64,000 bases of DNA from Octopus sinensis (Eukaryota), in the NCBI RefSeq assembly GCF_006345805.1, contig NC_042999.1:52886001-52950000 (forward strand), read 5' to 3'. Below are positions 1 to 14,506 of this stretch, piece by piece. A model generated the notes under the pieces. It saw only the letters and a program-made list of their open reading frames with translations, had not been told where the DNA came from and made no database searches. Made by a program: the position numbers and the translations under genes. Each line of letters starts with the position of its first letter. Position 1 is the first letter of the stretch.

Positions 1-215
1 CTCGTCCTGCTTGGCTTTTGTTGTCCTTCTCCTTTAGTATACACCTGCTAGCACGGAAGCCTAATACGGATCCCTAGCTGCAGCCGCGGCTGTGAAATTG
101 GAACCTAACCGATGACCAATTATAGCACCTACTCGGCGTACCTATTCATTTAGATCAGTAGTGAACTAAACCCGTCATATTCTATATATATATATATTTA
201 TAATTCGGTACACAT

Positions 216-246
<31 letters not shown>

Positions 247-699
247 CTAGGGATGGAATCCATTAATGGATTTGTGAACTACTATAAACGCACGCGTCAA
301 ACCAACATCATCCTGCCATACTCAGTAGCGAAGCGTACATATCACACCACTGTAACGTATTATGTAAACTGATGTGGTTCTTTCTTGACTGTGGAGTCCA
401 TTCGATTCCATTATATCGTTCTCCTTCCTCTAGGGAGCAATGCAGATGTAAGGCGAAACGATTGTCGTGCTAAATAAAGCTTGCAGTATACTCTGTCTTC
501 CCAATCAATCATTTAAAATATACTAAATTTGTACCGAGGAATTCCTTATGTAGATCTTCCGACGAAGCAGCAGTGCCGACCGGTAGCCATAAGTGATGAA
601 CGTACTTCAAGGCACACTACTAGAGACATACCCAAAACAAGGTTTGAATGGTACATTATAAAGTATGCTATCTTTAATTTAAATAGAACACATCTATAT

Positions 700-1640
700 A
701 TATATAGAACTAAAATTATCTTCCTGAACGACCTAGTGACATGCAATCAAGCGGAATGCATAGCGCTCACTGAAATGCACCTAAAACCCAGCATCGCTGA
801 TGCAGAAATACACATACCGAATTATGTGGTATTCGGAAGCGATAGAAAAGACATCCGTGAAGATCTCACGCCGCAGATCCTTTTGTGACACTCAAACTCA
901 GTGTGTGGAGCACGAAATTGTTCATAAAAGTCGACTCGACATCTTTACTACATATCGCCCACCAGATGCACCAAATCTTATTGGAAGACTGCCGTACAAG
1001 AATAGAAGCGGCCTTAATCAAAATAGAAAAGCACATCATAGTACTTTCGATAGGATACTTCAATCAGCCCAATATGAAATGGCCTGAAGGTATTTTCCTC
1101 TCAGGAATGATGCGATGTGAGCAAAGTCAGGTGGAATTCCTGTTTAACCACGCCAACAAGTTATACAAGGAGCAAATAATACTCCAACCAATCAGGGCAG
1201 ACTATATACTTGACCTCTGCTTCACAATGTAGAGCTCATCCATAATGCAAAAGTGACACCAACACTAATCTCGGATCATAACGTAATAGACCTGACCGTA
1301 TATGGACCAGAGGAATCCACAAACATGCAGCCTATGAGAAGCACGAACACCTATCCAATCTGACCTAACACAAATTATACTGGAAGACAGTTGAGAAAGA
1401 GATCACCAAACGGGACCTGTTCCAATATCTATCCACACCTGACATGGACAAAAAATTGAAAACTTTCATGTCTGTAATACAAGCCATATGGTACAATTTT
1501 GTCCAAGAGAGAAGGGCTACTGCACATAAAAAACAAGATTTCCAGGGAGAGAAAAGTTCCTGTGAGACGGCGTAAAATAATTGCAAACTGTACATGCCAA
1601 AGGCACACAGAGCTGCGCTTGGTAGTGAAGTGAAAGCACG
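700..1640 (+). mobile_element. Decayed non-LTR retrotransposon (CR1/L2-like), APE endonuclease region
   Basis: Frameshifted APE motifs CIALTEMHL, YRPPD, GYFNQPNMKW, YILDLCFT and ISDHNVI; same family as 43470-45180. Confidence 0.85.
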
Positions 1641-1662
1641 CTATAAAAATAGAACTACTGAA

Positions 1663-1664
<2 letters not shown>

Positions 1665-1724
<60 letters not shown>

Positions 1725-1726
1725 TA

Positions 1727-1794
<68 letters not shown>

Positions 1795-1803
1795 TAATAA
1801 TAA
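1665..1803. repeat. Compound microsatellite (TAC)n-(AAT)n
   Basis: Direct reading. Confidence 0.98.
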
Positions 1804-2899
1804 TGTGTGTATGTAGGCATGCATGCATGTATGCATGTATGTACGTTGGTATGCATATATGTATATATTTATATATATATTTATGATAATTAAAGGGATT
1901 TTGCTTTGAATGCCTTCAACATCTGAGCATAGGTTGCGCCGTGATATCATTCCAATGAACAAAACTGATTGTATGTAACACTTCCTTCAATGACAACATA
2001 ACTTAGATGTTGATCTTATTAACTATAGAAAATATAATTCAGAAAGCTGGGCGTAGCTGCTCTCGTGGTTTAACCTATTTGGATAAAATAGAGAATGGTT
2101 TAAAGAAATTATCCAGAATACAGGATATTATTTAATGTAAGTGTAATGCAGGAAAATATAAAAATGTATTTATTGAGTCGTGTAATTATTTAATGTGCGC
2201 TTGGCCTTATATTAATATGAGATTACAGAACAAGCTGGAGTTGATCAAAGTTCAGAATAGAGCTAATAAAATATGTTTGGGTAAATAGAATCATTCATGA
2301 AGGACACATTAAAGCTGACTGAAAATTAATGTAGCAAGATTTTGAACGACAGGGAGATTGAAGCATGTTAAAGTTTACGGCCGATTGGCCTCGAGAGACA
2401 TCCAGATGGTTTTACTGAAAGAATATTTATAGAAGATGCATATTAGCTGATGTCAATGTTAATTTCATGGTAATGCCAACAGATTAGTGTATAGATACAG
2501 TTTCAGAAACAATTTTCTCTGCTTTGTCTGAGACTGCAATATTCTGATTTGTCTTGATATGTTTGCAAATATCATGCCTCATTGGTGAATGATTTGCTTG
2601 TAGAAAATAATTCAATGACCTTCACCTCTAAAGGAATGCACAGTATGACGAACTGACGCTTTCAACATATATTAATATAAACATATTTTTTATATCTTAT
2701 TTACTGTTCTTAGATATTTACTGTAGGAGATCTGTCACTGATAATTGAGAAATATTCTGCAACTGTTACTCCAATATATTTTGCAATTCCAAATCTGAAA
2801 GAAAACGAATAAAAAGGATGTCAAACGGAAAATCAGTGGAAGGAAAACGAAAATCAGTAACCCAGTTAGACTAGAATGAGAATAATTTTTGTTAAAATA

Positions 2900-5090
2900 T
2901 TAGTATAAAACTAGATATGTTGACGACGCTCGGCGGGTTCACGCACGATGTATATCAATGAAGGAGAACTCGCATCGGAGCTGCGGTATAGGTGACTGCA
3001 TGCTTTCTTTGATTCGGATATTTCTCGAAGCCTTCAAATTTGTATAGAATGTGTATTTATAGTGTCCCATTGTATTCTTCCACCAAAGGTAACTTAGCTG
3101 AATCGATTTCCATTTCAGTAATCCTTGGGAACCGACAGTGATATTTCGGATCTGATATCTTCAAATCTTTTGTGGCTGTTGTTTGCTTCTCTTTAGAAGC
3201 AAAGTTTAGTTTTCATTCTTTACCTTGGGCCACTTTCTTCCCTACATTTCTGTTAGCATTGAGTGACATCTCACAAAGAGTCCTTCAATTCTTGTCCGAA
3301 ACCTGGCAAAGTGTGTTGGATATGTTGTGCATTGCAGGTTAGCATCGCCTGCAACTCTTCTCCGCTCGATTTACTTCCCAGAATCTTTAATTTTGTTGTG
3401 TCATTAACTTCTCTGACATTGACACAAAACAATTCAGTAATCAGATTAAAAACATTCAGAAGAGTTGCATGCGCGCTTACAGTTGATGGTGCTATTTCTC
3501 TTCTTTCTAGCTTGGATATCGTCCACTTACGTAAAGCTATCGCATTTGTGGTGAAATGTCCAGAACCTAATGCATAACCCTGAAAGCTTGCATTAGTCGT
3601 TACAAGGCTGTACCGTTCTATAAGTTTCACCTGTTTGCCATTTTTATTGGTAAATCTGCTAGGGAGTGTGATTTTGTAGGTACTGTAATCCAAACCAATT
3701 AAAAGGGCGTGTGCAACAATGCCACCGATTGCTGTACATCTTGATAGAATTACTCAGAATACTTCTGGATTTTCGTTGTGTAGGATGTAACAATGCTTGA
3801 TGAGGTTCCCACCATAGTAATTTTCATGTCATGTTCAGAACAGTACTTAATATTTATGCAGGCAATGGAGTGATGAGCTGGAAGAATCGTTAGCATACCG
3901 TGCAAAATGCTTAGTGGTAATTTGTTCGTCGCTACGTTCTCAAAGGCGGCGAGCTGGCAGAAACGTCAGCACGCCGGGCGAAATGCGCAGCCGTATTTCG
4001 TCTGCTGTTACGTTCTGAGTTGAAATTTCGCCGAGGTCGACTTTGCCTTTCATCTTTTCGGGGTCGATTAAATAAGTACCAGTTACACACTGGGGTCGAT
4101 ATAATCGACTTAATCCGTTTGTCTGTCCCTGTCTGTCCTCTCTGTGTTTAGCCCCTTGTGGGTAGTAAAGAAATAGCTAAGTTCTGAATTCACCGAGATC
4201 GACCTTGACTTTCATCCTTTTGGGGAATCACTGGGCACTGTGGTCGATGTAATCGACTTACCCCTCCCCCGAAGTTGTTGGCCTTGTGCCAAAATTGGAA
4301 ATCAATATTATTGCAGGTATTAAAGGTTTTAAGATCAATAAGACAACTCATCCAGTAGCATCACTTCTTTTCTTATCCTATCCTGATGATGGCATATAAA
4401 TGTATCCCTCAAATGTCTCTTCATAACTAGATCTCTATGCATGTTTTGCTGTTCCTGTAATGAAATGGTGCCTGTTCAATACATATACACATCGTATAAT
4501 AAATACTTCCTTCTTGGCAGAAATTACCGATTATAAAGTGGACTTTCCGGTTGATGAATGTGAATATATCTTCTTCGTGTGCGCCAGAGTCGGACCATCC
4601 GGCAAGGATTCAGGAACATTCTCTCAAATTTATTGGAAAGCAATTTTGAGAGAGAAAAGCAGAACAACCATTGAGGGAGCCTGGTTCTGGTGTTGCTGCA
4701 TTGTGAATTCATCCGATATTTGACTCACTGATAAAATATTGAGTGTATAACTCCTTTAGAAACCATGTTCTCTTGTGGATGGCCATTTGGCTTTCTTTGG
4801 GGCTTATAGAGAGAGCGTTCTTCCTCTTTACAAGCGAAACCTGGACCACGAAGAATGATTTTTATGCTTGTCTTGCTGGCACTTGCATCAGCTTTGTCAA
4901 AATTCATTTTATGATCACAAGAAGAAAAGGGAACTCAACTATTGCAGTTGAATACAGGACAGGCGTTGATGGTCACAGCTATTTCCTGCACAATATGTCA
5001 TGAATATATTCTGGATTCCATCATCTTCTGATTGCCTTCAACTCTTAAATTATGAAGGTCGCTCAACTAAAGAGCAGCTGTTGACAGAAA
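2900..5090 (-). pseudogene. Unidentified decayed coding-like sequence interrupted by SINEs
   Basis: 140-aa non-repetitive ORF 3271-3693 with high-complexity flanks; SINE block 3866-4310 bounded by similar AATATT..TGCAGG sequences; no family recognised. Confidence 0.3.
3866..4310 (+). mobile_element. Nested tRNA-derived Nin/Deu-domain SINEs (young copy 3942-4175 inside an older copy)
   Basis: AAGGCGGCGAGCTGGCAGAA head and GCCTTTCATCyTTTCGGGGTCGAT..AAGTACCAG core; GCTACGTTCT / GCTAAGTTCT flank the inner copy. Confidence 0.85.
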
Positions 5091-5109
5091 TGTGTAACAA
5101 AAAATCTAT

Positions 5110-5445
5110 AGAAGAAAGAAGAAGAAGAAGAAGAAGAAGAAGAAGAAGAAAAATAACAATAACAAGTTGAACAAGAAGAAGAAGAAGAAGAAGAAGAAGA
5201 AGAAAAAAAAATAACAATAACAAGTTGAAGAAGAAAAAGAAGAAGAAGAAGAAGAAGAAGAAGAAGAAGAAGAAGGGGAAGAATGAGAAGAATAAGGAGG
5301 AGGAGAAGGAAGAGGAAGAAGAAGAAGAAGGAGAGGAGGAGAGGAGGAGAAAAATAAAAAGGGGGATAAGGAAGAGGGGGAGAAGTAGAATAAAGAGAAA
5401 GAGAAGAGAAGAAAAAAAGGAGGTGGAGAAGAGAAAAGAAAAACA
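5110..5445. repeat. (GAA)n / polypurine low-complexity tract
   Basis: Direct reading. Confidence 0.97.
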
Positions 5446-5981
5446 ATCACATACGTTCATAGAAATATGAAAAATTTCTTTTGAGATATTCGTAGAAATA
5501 TCTTCGCTACTGCAATAATTTTAACAGTGTGAATGAAATCTCGAATTAATCTTATTTGTATATCACATTAAGTACGTAATTGAAATCTTGATATCTTGCA
5601 AATGGAATCAGTAATAGGTTAATGCAATGAACGCAACGTTTAAAATAGTATTCCATGTGAAATATCTGAGAGGATAACTAGCTGAGTTTTCTTCCAATAT
5701 TCATTGCATCACTGACTAATTAAGAAAGATACATGCAATCTAAATTACATAAGATTCTGTATACAATTAACACTACTGCTATGGCCTTCTTTAATTAGAT
5801 CATTCGCTGCAATTTCATTCATTCATTCATTCATTCATTCATTCATTCATTCAAACGTGTGTCATTTGAAGCTGAACAGTGAGACACATGGGTATTGTTT
5901 TAAACAATTCTATTCATTTGTAAAATATCAGAGATTTTCTTCCATATAGCTTCTTTGGTTCACACTTAGATAAATATATCG

Positions 5982-5982
<1 letters not shown>

Positions 5983-6074
<92 letters not shown>

Positions 6075-6096
6075 GTCTGTCTATTTACCTATCTAT

Positions 6097-6155
<59 letters not shown>

Positions 6156-6186
6156 CCTATCTATTAATCTATCTCTCTGTCTATCA

Positions 6187-6223
<37 letters not shown>

Positions 6224-6240
6224 ATCTAATCTAATCTAAT
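5983..6240. repeat. (TATC)n microsatellite
   Basis: Direct reading; similar tracts near 20130-20280, 41225-41280, 54010-54160 and 56700-56810. Confidence 0.97.
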
Positions 6241-9200
6241 TTATGTATTTATTTCTGTCTGCCTCTCTATCTATTCGGATTTCGTGTGGTCTGTCACTTT
6301 GTTGCATCGTCTACACATGAGGTGTTTATTCGAAACATTAAATGCTATTTCTACGTGTCTTTACATATTTTATTAATCCGACTACAGTAGCAGCAGTCGT
6401 TCTTACTGCACAGACGTTTCAGAAATCCAGCTTTAGTCGAAGGCACAAAACAATATTAGTCTATTACTTGCGCTCTAACGGATCATATAATGTGTTCCAG
6501 CTGATGGCATTGACAAAGAGGTTTGGGAATAGAAAGCATCCCTGCTGGGACTCGATCGAAGTTTGAAAAATTCGAACTACTATCCATAAAAGCGAATATT
6601 TAGAGCTGTGTGTGGTATAAGGTGTTTAAGTCAACGAACCCCTCGTTTAATCCGCCAGCGATCAAGAGCTCACTGCCAATGAAAAATGTCTACGGAACTC
6701 CCAAAGTAAATGATGACTCACAGTTAAGAGCTTCAACAGTATTGTTATACGCTTCACAAACTGAAAACCTGATCTGTGAGAAGTTGGCTGTGATAACAAT
6801 CCTAGTTTGGCCGAGTGAGTTAACTACATGACAACACTCTTGCTGAAATCTAATGATAAGTGCAGAAGATTTAACTGTAGATATCAGATGGATAGTATTT
6901 GTCCAAAGATCTGGGATTAGGGTTAAAACGATTTTGCTTCAGTGTGGTATGAAATTTTGAGAAAAAGACAATAGCAAAATAAAGAAACTGTAAGCACGAT
7001 TTCAAAATAATGTGTAAACAATTTTGTATGACAATCTGCCGTAGGTTTTAATTTTATTTTAATTCTATAAAACTCGATCGATGACTCATTTTTGTATTAG
7101 TCAAGCGTTTTGGATGAGTATGCACTATTTCTGCTTGGAAAACAAGTAGAACATTGATACCGAAATTATCGAGGTTGGAATTGAAGGATTTTACTAGGTT
7201 AGTTTAGACTAAATCAAAACATTCCCCACGCTGTGGTTGTTCGCTTATAGTAGAAATGAGGATTATTTGGATTATTTCTTTTAAGGAAATTTAAACCGTT
7301 AGCCAGAGCTAAACAAACAAATTTCGGAATTGAACTGAATTCTCAATGATAATTTAACCTTGTGTTAAATTATCTTGCGTCACTCCTGAACAAAACAAAT
7401 CGCATTATTCAACAGGGAAACCTGAAGACAAGTCTTCCTCCCACGCATCTTCATCCGACACCAACCACGTCAACAAAAGGAATCTTAATTAGAATCAAAC
7501 TCAAGCAACATATGTGATGTGTTTCAGATCCTAATGTGTATAAGTTATATTACACAGAGAGTTGAATATAGCTACTATTTCCTGCAAGTTGATTGACGAT
7601 GTATAGACAGTCTCTTTAATAACGAAAGAAAGTATTCAATGAGTATTTTTATAATAAATTCTACTATTTCATCTCCCGAAAACAATTTCGCCAATTCTGT
7701 TTTCTTTTGAATACTTTGTTTTAATTTACTAAAACGCTAAACACTACATGATAGTATGAAAAACTCATGATAGTATGAAAAAAAAAAAGATTATCGGAGG
7801 AAAAACTCACAGAAAAGGTTCAAGACATAGCCGTATTGTTAAAAGTTTCAGTGCAGCGAATTCTATCTTTGGCAGAATACTGGACCTTAGACTTCCCTCA
7901 CCAAAACCAGTTGATCATAACAAATATTTCTTCCTCCGTCCCTCAAATAAACGAAAGACCGTGCTCTGTATCTCTACAAAGATGAGAACACCTTGAGTTT
8001 GAAAACGGGTCTGTTAAACAAAAACAATAATATATGGAATATCTTTATTCCTAACCATTTGCTTCACTGCGTGTGAAATTCCATGTTATTTTCAAGAAAA
8101 GATTTTGGGAAATTTAATGAACCTCCAAAAGTAAAGAAAAATTAATAAGAAGAGCGGAAGTAAAATTGTACTTTAAAACAAAAATATACACAGATACTCG
8201 TCTAACAATGTAAAATAAATTATTTTTTGCCCAAGTGAAATTATGATCTGCAATACCTGCTGAATAAAAACATGAAATTCCAGATACTGTGAGAGAGAAA
8301 AAAGAATCAATAAATTTTGTTTTGTTTTAGTTGGTGATACAAAATATATACACAAGGTTACAATTACATATCACTTTTACTAAAACCATATATTAGTGTT
8401 CAATCTGTATTATGTATCTTCGTTGTTATGGCATAAAAACCAGTGTGTGCTGTGAAATATCTTTGGTTTTATAATGAAGTCTGTCTATTTTGATTATAGA
8501 TTCCACTTTGAATGGAAAGGCAAATTCTAAAATATATTTCAACGCGGAGAAAAAGTGAAGTAGTTATAGCGTTGAACAGGCAGTGTTGTGATATTCTCGT
8601 CATGGCTGTGTGTGCTCTAAATTCATTGCTTCCTCAATCGACTAATTTTTTTTTCATCTTTATGTGGCCCATAAATCAAAGGACCAATTCTGGGGCAGTG
8701 GAGATTGGTGGATGACTCCCTACCTTACAGACAACAAAGACAGATGCAAACAATGAAACGTATGTAGAATTACGGTACTGCGACAATGGATCGATTCTAC
8801 ATGCTGTAACGACCGGTGGAGTAAATTTCAGGCCTCTAATTTATTCCCTCAGTTCTCATGATCAGGAGAATGCGAACTAATAAGTATAACAATGAAAGAT
8901 GGAAGTAAGAAGTATGGAAAGTAAAACAAATTGGATCCTTGGAGAATTGTATTTAATTTAATCAGAAATTGGATGACAAGCAGAGACAATAATTTACAGT
9001 ATTTGGAACTCCTTCAAATTTTATATGTGATTCAGCAGCAGAGGACACTTCATATTGGTTTGGAAAGAAATGCCTCTCAGTGGTAATTTTCTCATTGATC
9101 AAAATTCTGTAGGAGCCAGGCTAAAAGTCCGTCATATTGGTTTGTATTTATATGCATGTAAGCGGTATTAATGTATCTATGTATAGGTATATGGATATCT

Positions 9201-9257
9201 ATGTATATATAGTGATAGATTGATAGATAAATATATATATATGTATATATATATATG

Positions 9258-9289
<32 letters not shown>

Positions 9290-9549
9290 TATATTATCCT
9301 TCGAAACGTTTAGTAGATGAAACCTTAGCGACTGAAGAAGGGGATTTTTCGTTGTGCTTATTGTCCTGTATCTCTTTTTTGCTTGTCTTGTTCCTTGGTT
9401 TGTGTCTATGTTTTTCGTCTCTCTATGTGTTCGACGTCTTTTTGGTGTCTTGTACACATATATGCGTGTATATGTACATGTAGAGGTAGGTACGTACATA
9501 TATGTTATATATATGCATATGTTCTATTTATAAAACATATATATAATAT

Positions 9550-9580
<31 letters not shown>

Positions 9581-10528
9581 GTACCTACGTACATAGATAC
9601 ATGCCTGCATACATAAATACACGCGTGTGGGCTTGTGTGTGTTGTGTGTGTAGGCGTTTGTGCGTGTATGTGTGTGTGTGTTGTGTGTGTAGGCGTTTGT
9701 GTGTGTGTGCGTGTGTATCAGAAAAGAAGACAGTTCAACAAAAGGCCCAGCAGGCATTTCAATTTCTGAGTTAAAATTACATTCAGAATTCATAATTAAA
9801 TATTTGCCTCACATTTTGGTTCACCTTGTCAAATTCAGCGGTTGGCGAACATGGTGCAAAGAGAACCGCAAAAGGAACGCTTATTTCTTGGTCACAGGCA
9901 TAAAAGAATCGGCCCAACCTTTGCCCTGAATGTGTGATGCTGAATCTTTAACATGATTATATTTGTCTCGTATATCAGACTAGAGGATAACACGAGTAGA
10001 CGAGATATCAGAACCTATAGAAACGTACTTGTAAGTCTGAAGTAAAAGAATAGCAGAATTGTTTTCCCATTCCATTCATTTACCTATAATAACATGTTTA
10101 CCAGTTATATAATACGGTTAATTAAATTGATGCTCCCCTCCAAACTTAGAGCTTTGAAGAATAGAAAGCAATTTTATTTTTCGAGGTATTATATTTCACC
10201 TGTGTGATAATGAAAGCTGTAATAATTCGTATTAATTTGTATTGCAGTGGCTGATAACACTTATATTTCCGATTTAATGGGTGAGGATAACCACAGCAGA
10301 TCGTTAATGACAGACGTACGAACACACACACACACACACATAACATACACACGCGTGCACACACGCGCACACGCACGCACACACACATAACAATGCACAC
10401 AAATACAAAGCACACACACACACACAACATACACATACAACACACACACGGGCGCCTACACGCACACGCGTACACTGTTTCTCTCCGTGTCTGCCGAGAA
10501 TGGATCTCAAAGTAAGGGCAGTATTCTT

Positions 10529-10785
10529 AAAGGCGACGAGCTGGCAGAATCGCTAGCACGCCGGTCGAAATGCGTAGCCGTATTTCGTCTGTCGCACATG
10601 TGTTCGTGGTAAAAATTGCTGTTTCTTTGTGTTAATATTGTTAATATCTGCTGTTTCTAATAACTGTTGTTTCTTGTTAAATTGTTCGGGGTCGATTAAG
10701 TACCAGTTACGCATTGGTTAATCCGTTTGTCTGTCCTTGTTTGTCTCAGCTGTGTTTAGCCACTTGTGGGTAATAAAGAAACAAG
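10529..10785 (+). mobile_element. Nin/Deu-domain SINE copy, internally interrupted
   Basis: Same head and tail (GCCACTTGTGGGTAATAAAGAAA) as 3942-4175. Confidence 0.8.
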
Positions 10786-10960
10786 TATTCTTAGACGCGG
10801 AGGGCAGGTTGGTCGTCTTAGATGTCGATTGCAGTAATGGCTGTGCTCTCCGACTGATAACGTTATTCGCACCGTCCTTAACAGGATTTCTTCCGACGTC
10901 TAGAGGTTTTCCTGGGAACTTCTCCACCTTTACTTTTAGTAGTGGATTGGAACAATATTA
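10786..10960 (+). mobile_element. L1/Tx1-like LINE endonuclease fragment
   Basis: LDAEGRLVVLDV...ALRLITLFAP resembles the DxxGRxxxxxx..NxYAP stretch of the Tx1 APE domain. Confidence 0.6.
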
Positions 10961-11291
10961 TTTTTCATCTTTATTTACTTTATATTTGTCTGTTAGGTGT
11001 TTTGGTAGTTTATGAATTTTTAGTCGTGTATATTTAACTTTTTGATAGGCCGTTCATTTTGATTTTATTCGATTATTCGATTATATACTTTTACCTTCTG
11101 TGATTTTATGTATATGTATTATTTTTTATGTGGTTGAAAACCATGGTAAGTTTTATATATGATTAAATTTTTGAGTGGTGGTGCTGTATGTAAAGTTGTT
11201 GACCCAAATTTAAAGTTTGTTCTATAACCAATGCTTCTTCATACACATATGGATATATCTGTGTATATATATGTACATACATGTATATATA

Positions 11292-11326
<35 letters not shown>

Positions 11327-11379
11327 TAATATAATATATATAATATAGATATATATATTATATATACATATATTGTATT

Positions 11380-11702
11380 GTATGGCTCAGCTTCGTGAAC
11401 CAAGATCACGTCGCGTGCATGCATGCTCATGACTGACAAGTCCAATATGGGAAAGGCAGGTCTGTGAGCAGTGTCCACAGACGAAGGTAACATCTGGTGT
11501 GGTGTCAGAGGCGGCTCGCGCCTTCCTCCTGCGTCTCTGGTCTTTGAGTGTGTCTCTTCTTTGTTCCTCAAACTTGCTGACTGCGTTGAAGATCGTGTGA
11601 AGCCAGACATCACCGTCCGCAGCCAGGTCTGACCAGCATTGGTGGTTAATTTGACATGCTGTTAGAGACTTCTTGAGGCAGTCTTTGTAGCGCTTCCTCG
11701 CA
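11380..11702 (-). mobile_element. RTE-clade LINE 3' end
   Basis: RKRYKDCLKKSL...W...FEEQRR...FVCGHCSQTCLSHIGLVSHEHAC, a C-terminal C2H2-like motif typical of RTE ORFs. Confidence 0.85.
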
Positions 11703-12046
11703 TGTATATAATTTTGAAATGTACGCACAGATTTGAGCTATTGAATTAGCACTGGAATCTATTTGATTATGCACACACACACATCCACACGCACACACAC
11801 ACACATACACACAGACATATATATGTATTTATGTATATCGTATTGCGCTAAGAAGTGCTGTATTTTGAAATGTTTTAACTGAGGAAGATTTTACGTAATG
11901 GCTGCATTTCGTCTGACATAGTACGCAGGCCTAACAGCAGCATATTAAATGATTTCAAGACATCAATCTTTGGTGTGTCTGAATTATATTATCTTGTGTG
12001 CGTGTGCGTGTGATATTGACCCATATCATTTATATTAAACCGTGTA

Positions 12047-12256
12047 AAAGGCGGCGAGCTGGCAGAAACGTTAGCACGCCGGGCGAAATGCGTAGCTGTA
12101 TTTCGTCTGCCGTTACGTTCTGAATTCCCGAGATCGACTTTCGGGGTCGATAAATTAAGTACCAGTTACACACGGGTTGATGTAATCGACTTAATTTGTT
12201 TGTCTGTCCCTGTTTGTCCTCTCTATGTTTAGCCCCTTGTGGGTAATAAAGAAACA
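12047..12256 (+). mobile_element. Nin/Deu-domain SINE copy
   Basis: Matches 3942-4175 and 57284-57516. Confidence 0.9.
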
Positions 12257-13822
12257 TATATTAAACTGTGTTACTTGTTTCTATGATGATAACTGTCCCA
12301 CCTTATTACCTAGGTTTTGCAGACATCGCCTTTGTTATGGTAATGTATTGTACCACAAAAAATATATAAATGTATTAGAAATTAAAATTTCAAATGTGTT
12401 ATTCATGGATTTTCCTACATATCTAACAAAACTACGTTGACATATCCGAATTTCTAAAATATAATTATTTGCGGGGGAAAACGTTAGCTAATCACGAACG
12501 TTAATCTAACTGCAAGAAATATGACAATAGAAAGACAAAAACGCTAAATGCGATAGACACAATCGATAAATAAGATCGATGACAAATAAATAGGAGAATT
12601 ATGAACACATTTGATGTAGGAGAGATGAAAGTGTTTTAAAGTGATCTAAGACAAATGAAAGTGCAACATTACTAGTTTATCGCATGCTTTACACAAACTT
12701 AGTTTTAATAATATAATATGATTGCAATCTGTTAATTGGCTTTTACTAAGAGACATAATTAGCACAATTCCTGTTTCGCTTTTTATATAAATAATATTTT
12801 CTACCATTTAACATGTATCAAATATTGACTTGTTGATACATTGAATTTTCAACTAAGCCTAGCATGGAATTATATGCAGGCAAGAATCCTCTAAAGAGTC
12901 AAACATCCCCTTCAGTCATGTGATGTGTTATGAATTTGGAATTATGTCTCTTATGAGTTAATCTTCAGAAAACCTAATTATATTTAAAGTAAGAAATACG
13001 TTTAAATATTCAAATATGCTTGCAGTCGTTTTCTGTTCTAAAAAACATAAATATTTATCAATCAGCTAACATATTTGCATTTTAAATTTTGCAAATTAGT
13101 AAAAACTGTCTCCAGCATTTTCTTTGAGAGAGCATTAAAAGAGTTTTTCTTCTTTTATTCTTATTCCTTGACAAATATCTTAAACACACGTGATTTAGAA
13201 TAGAGGTTTTTGCGTTTTGATGGAGCGTTATTCAGGTTTGAACAAAAGCATTCGTTTTAAATTGCTGAAAAGCCAACAAAATATATCTGATTTACCATCG
13301 TATGCTGACATTATTTACTTATAATATCATGATTTAACATATACGTCAATTTGGATCAATTATTGCTTCATACACACGCATGCACTCACGCACATGTACG
13401 AACACACACACACACATGCACACACATTGTTTTCTATTTGTGTCAGTCATTTGGCAGGACCATGACGAACTTTAATGGAACAAATCACCCACAGTAGGGA
13501 TCGCTTTTAAAGCCTGTTGCCTATTCTATCGGTATCTTTATCCAAAACGCTAGGTTGCTGGGACGTAGATACGCGAACACCGGTTCCCGAACAGTGGTAG
13601 AAGACAAACACACACACAAAATGAATATATATTTATGTGTATATACATATCCATATATGGGTAGAGGACTTCAAAAAAATTGTAAACAACATTAAATACG
13701 AAATACGAAAACATGGAATACAAATTAACGAAATAAACAAATGGAAAACAAAACAAGTAGCATAAGAACAACCCTTCATCAGTTGTCAACAGTTTTATTT
13801 ACTCCACATTTTGAGAAATATG

Positions 13823-13873
<51 letters not shown>

Positions 13874-14309
13874 TATATATACATATACATGAACACACAA
13901 CATACACACACACATATACACACATAATATTATACATATATATATATAAAAAACAGTAGTTGAAAGTGCACTTAGAATAGTTAAAATATTTTTTTTATAT
14001 ACTTAAAGATGTATCTGGTTTCATTTAATTCATAAAACTATCTGAATTATTTCGCTAATTTTTCGTCAGTCTAATTTTCCCGATTTCAATCTGGGTATAT
14101 AGTGAAGCGAAGCCTTTGGCGTCTATTTTCAGCTTATATGCATGGTTGCTTCTGTGCCCTTAACTGTATTTGTATTCTATACAATTATATATCTCTCTAT
14201 ATAAATCTCGCTTAAAATGATTTTACTTATATGCCGACAACTGATAAGATTCATTACTTTTAATGATTTTATCCTTTAATTATATATATTAGCCACTACA
14301 CATAGTTTG

Positions 14310-14460
14310 TTCTCTCCTTGTTTTTTCTGTGTCCCTTTCTGTAGAAGAGCGTAGGCTCGAAACGTAAAAGACGTTTTCTATTCCTGAGCGTTATACTAAT
14401 ACATCTGTTTGTTTTGTACACCACCTGTCTTCGTCTTTTGTTCTTTTCGTAAACTCTCCC
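14310..14460 (+). mobile_element. Short dispersed repeat (probable PLE terminal-repeat fragment) ending at (TA)n
   Basis: TTCTGTAGAAGAGCGTAGGCTCGAAACGTAAAAG...CTCCC(TA)n; further copies near 46920-47088, 59680-59808, 48850-49005 and 45180-45295. Confidence 0.7.
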
Positions 14461-14464
14461 TATA

Positions 14465-14506
<42 letters not shown>

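Noticed and set aside
2030-2290. LINE C-terminal-like peptide (NIIQKAGRSC...KVQNRANKICLG)
   Set aside because: Resemblance is weak and the motif order is inconsistent.
2766-8286. Possible minus-strand micro-exons (8257-8286 and one starting at 2794) with plausible splice sites
   Set aside because: Too short, no recognisable protein, and such sites are expected by chance; needs RNA-seq.
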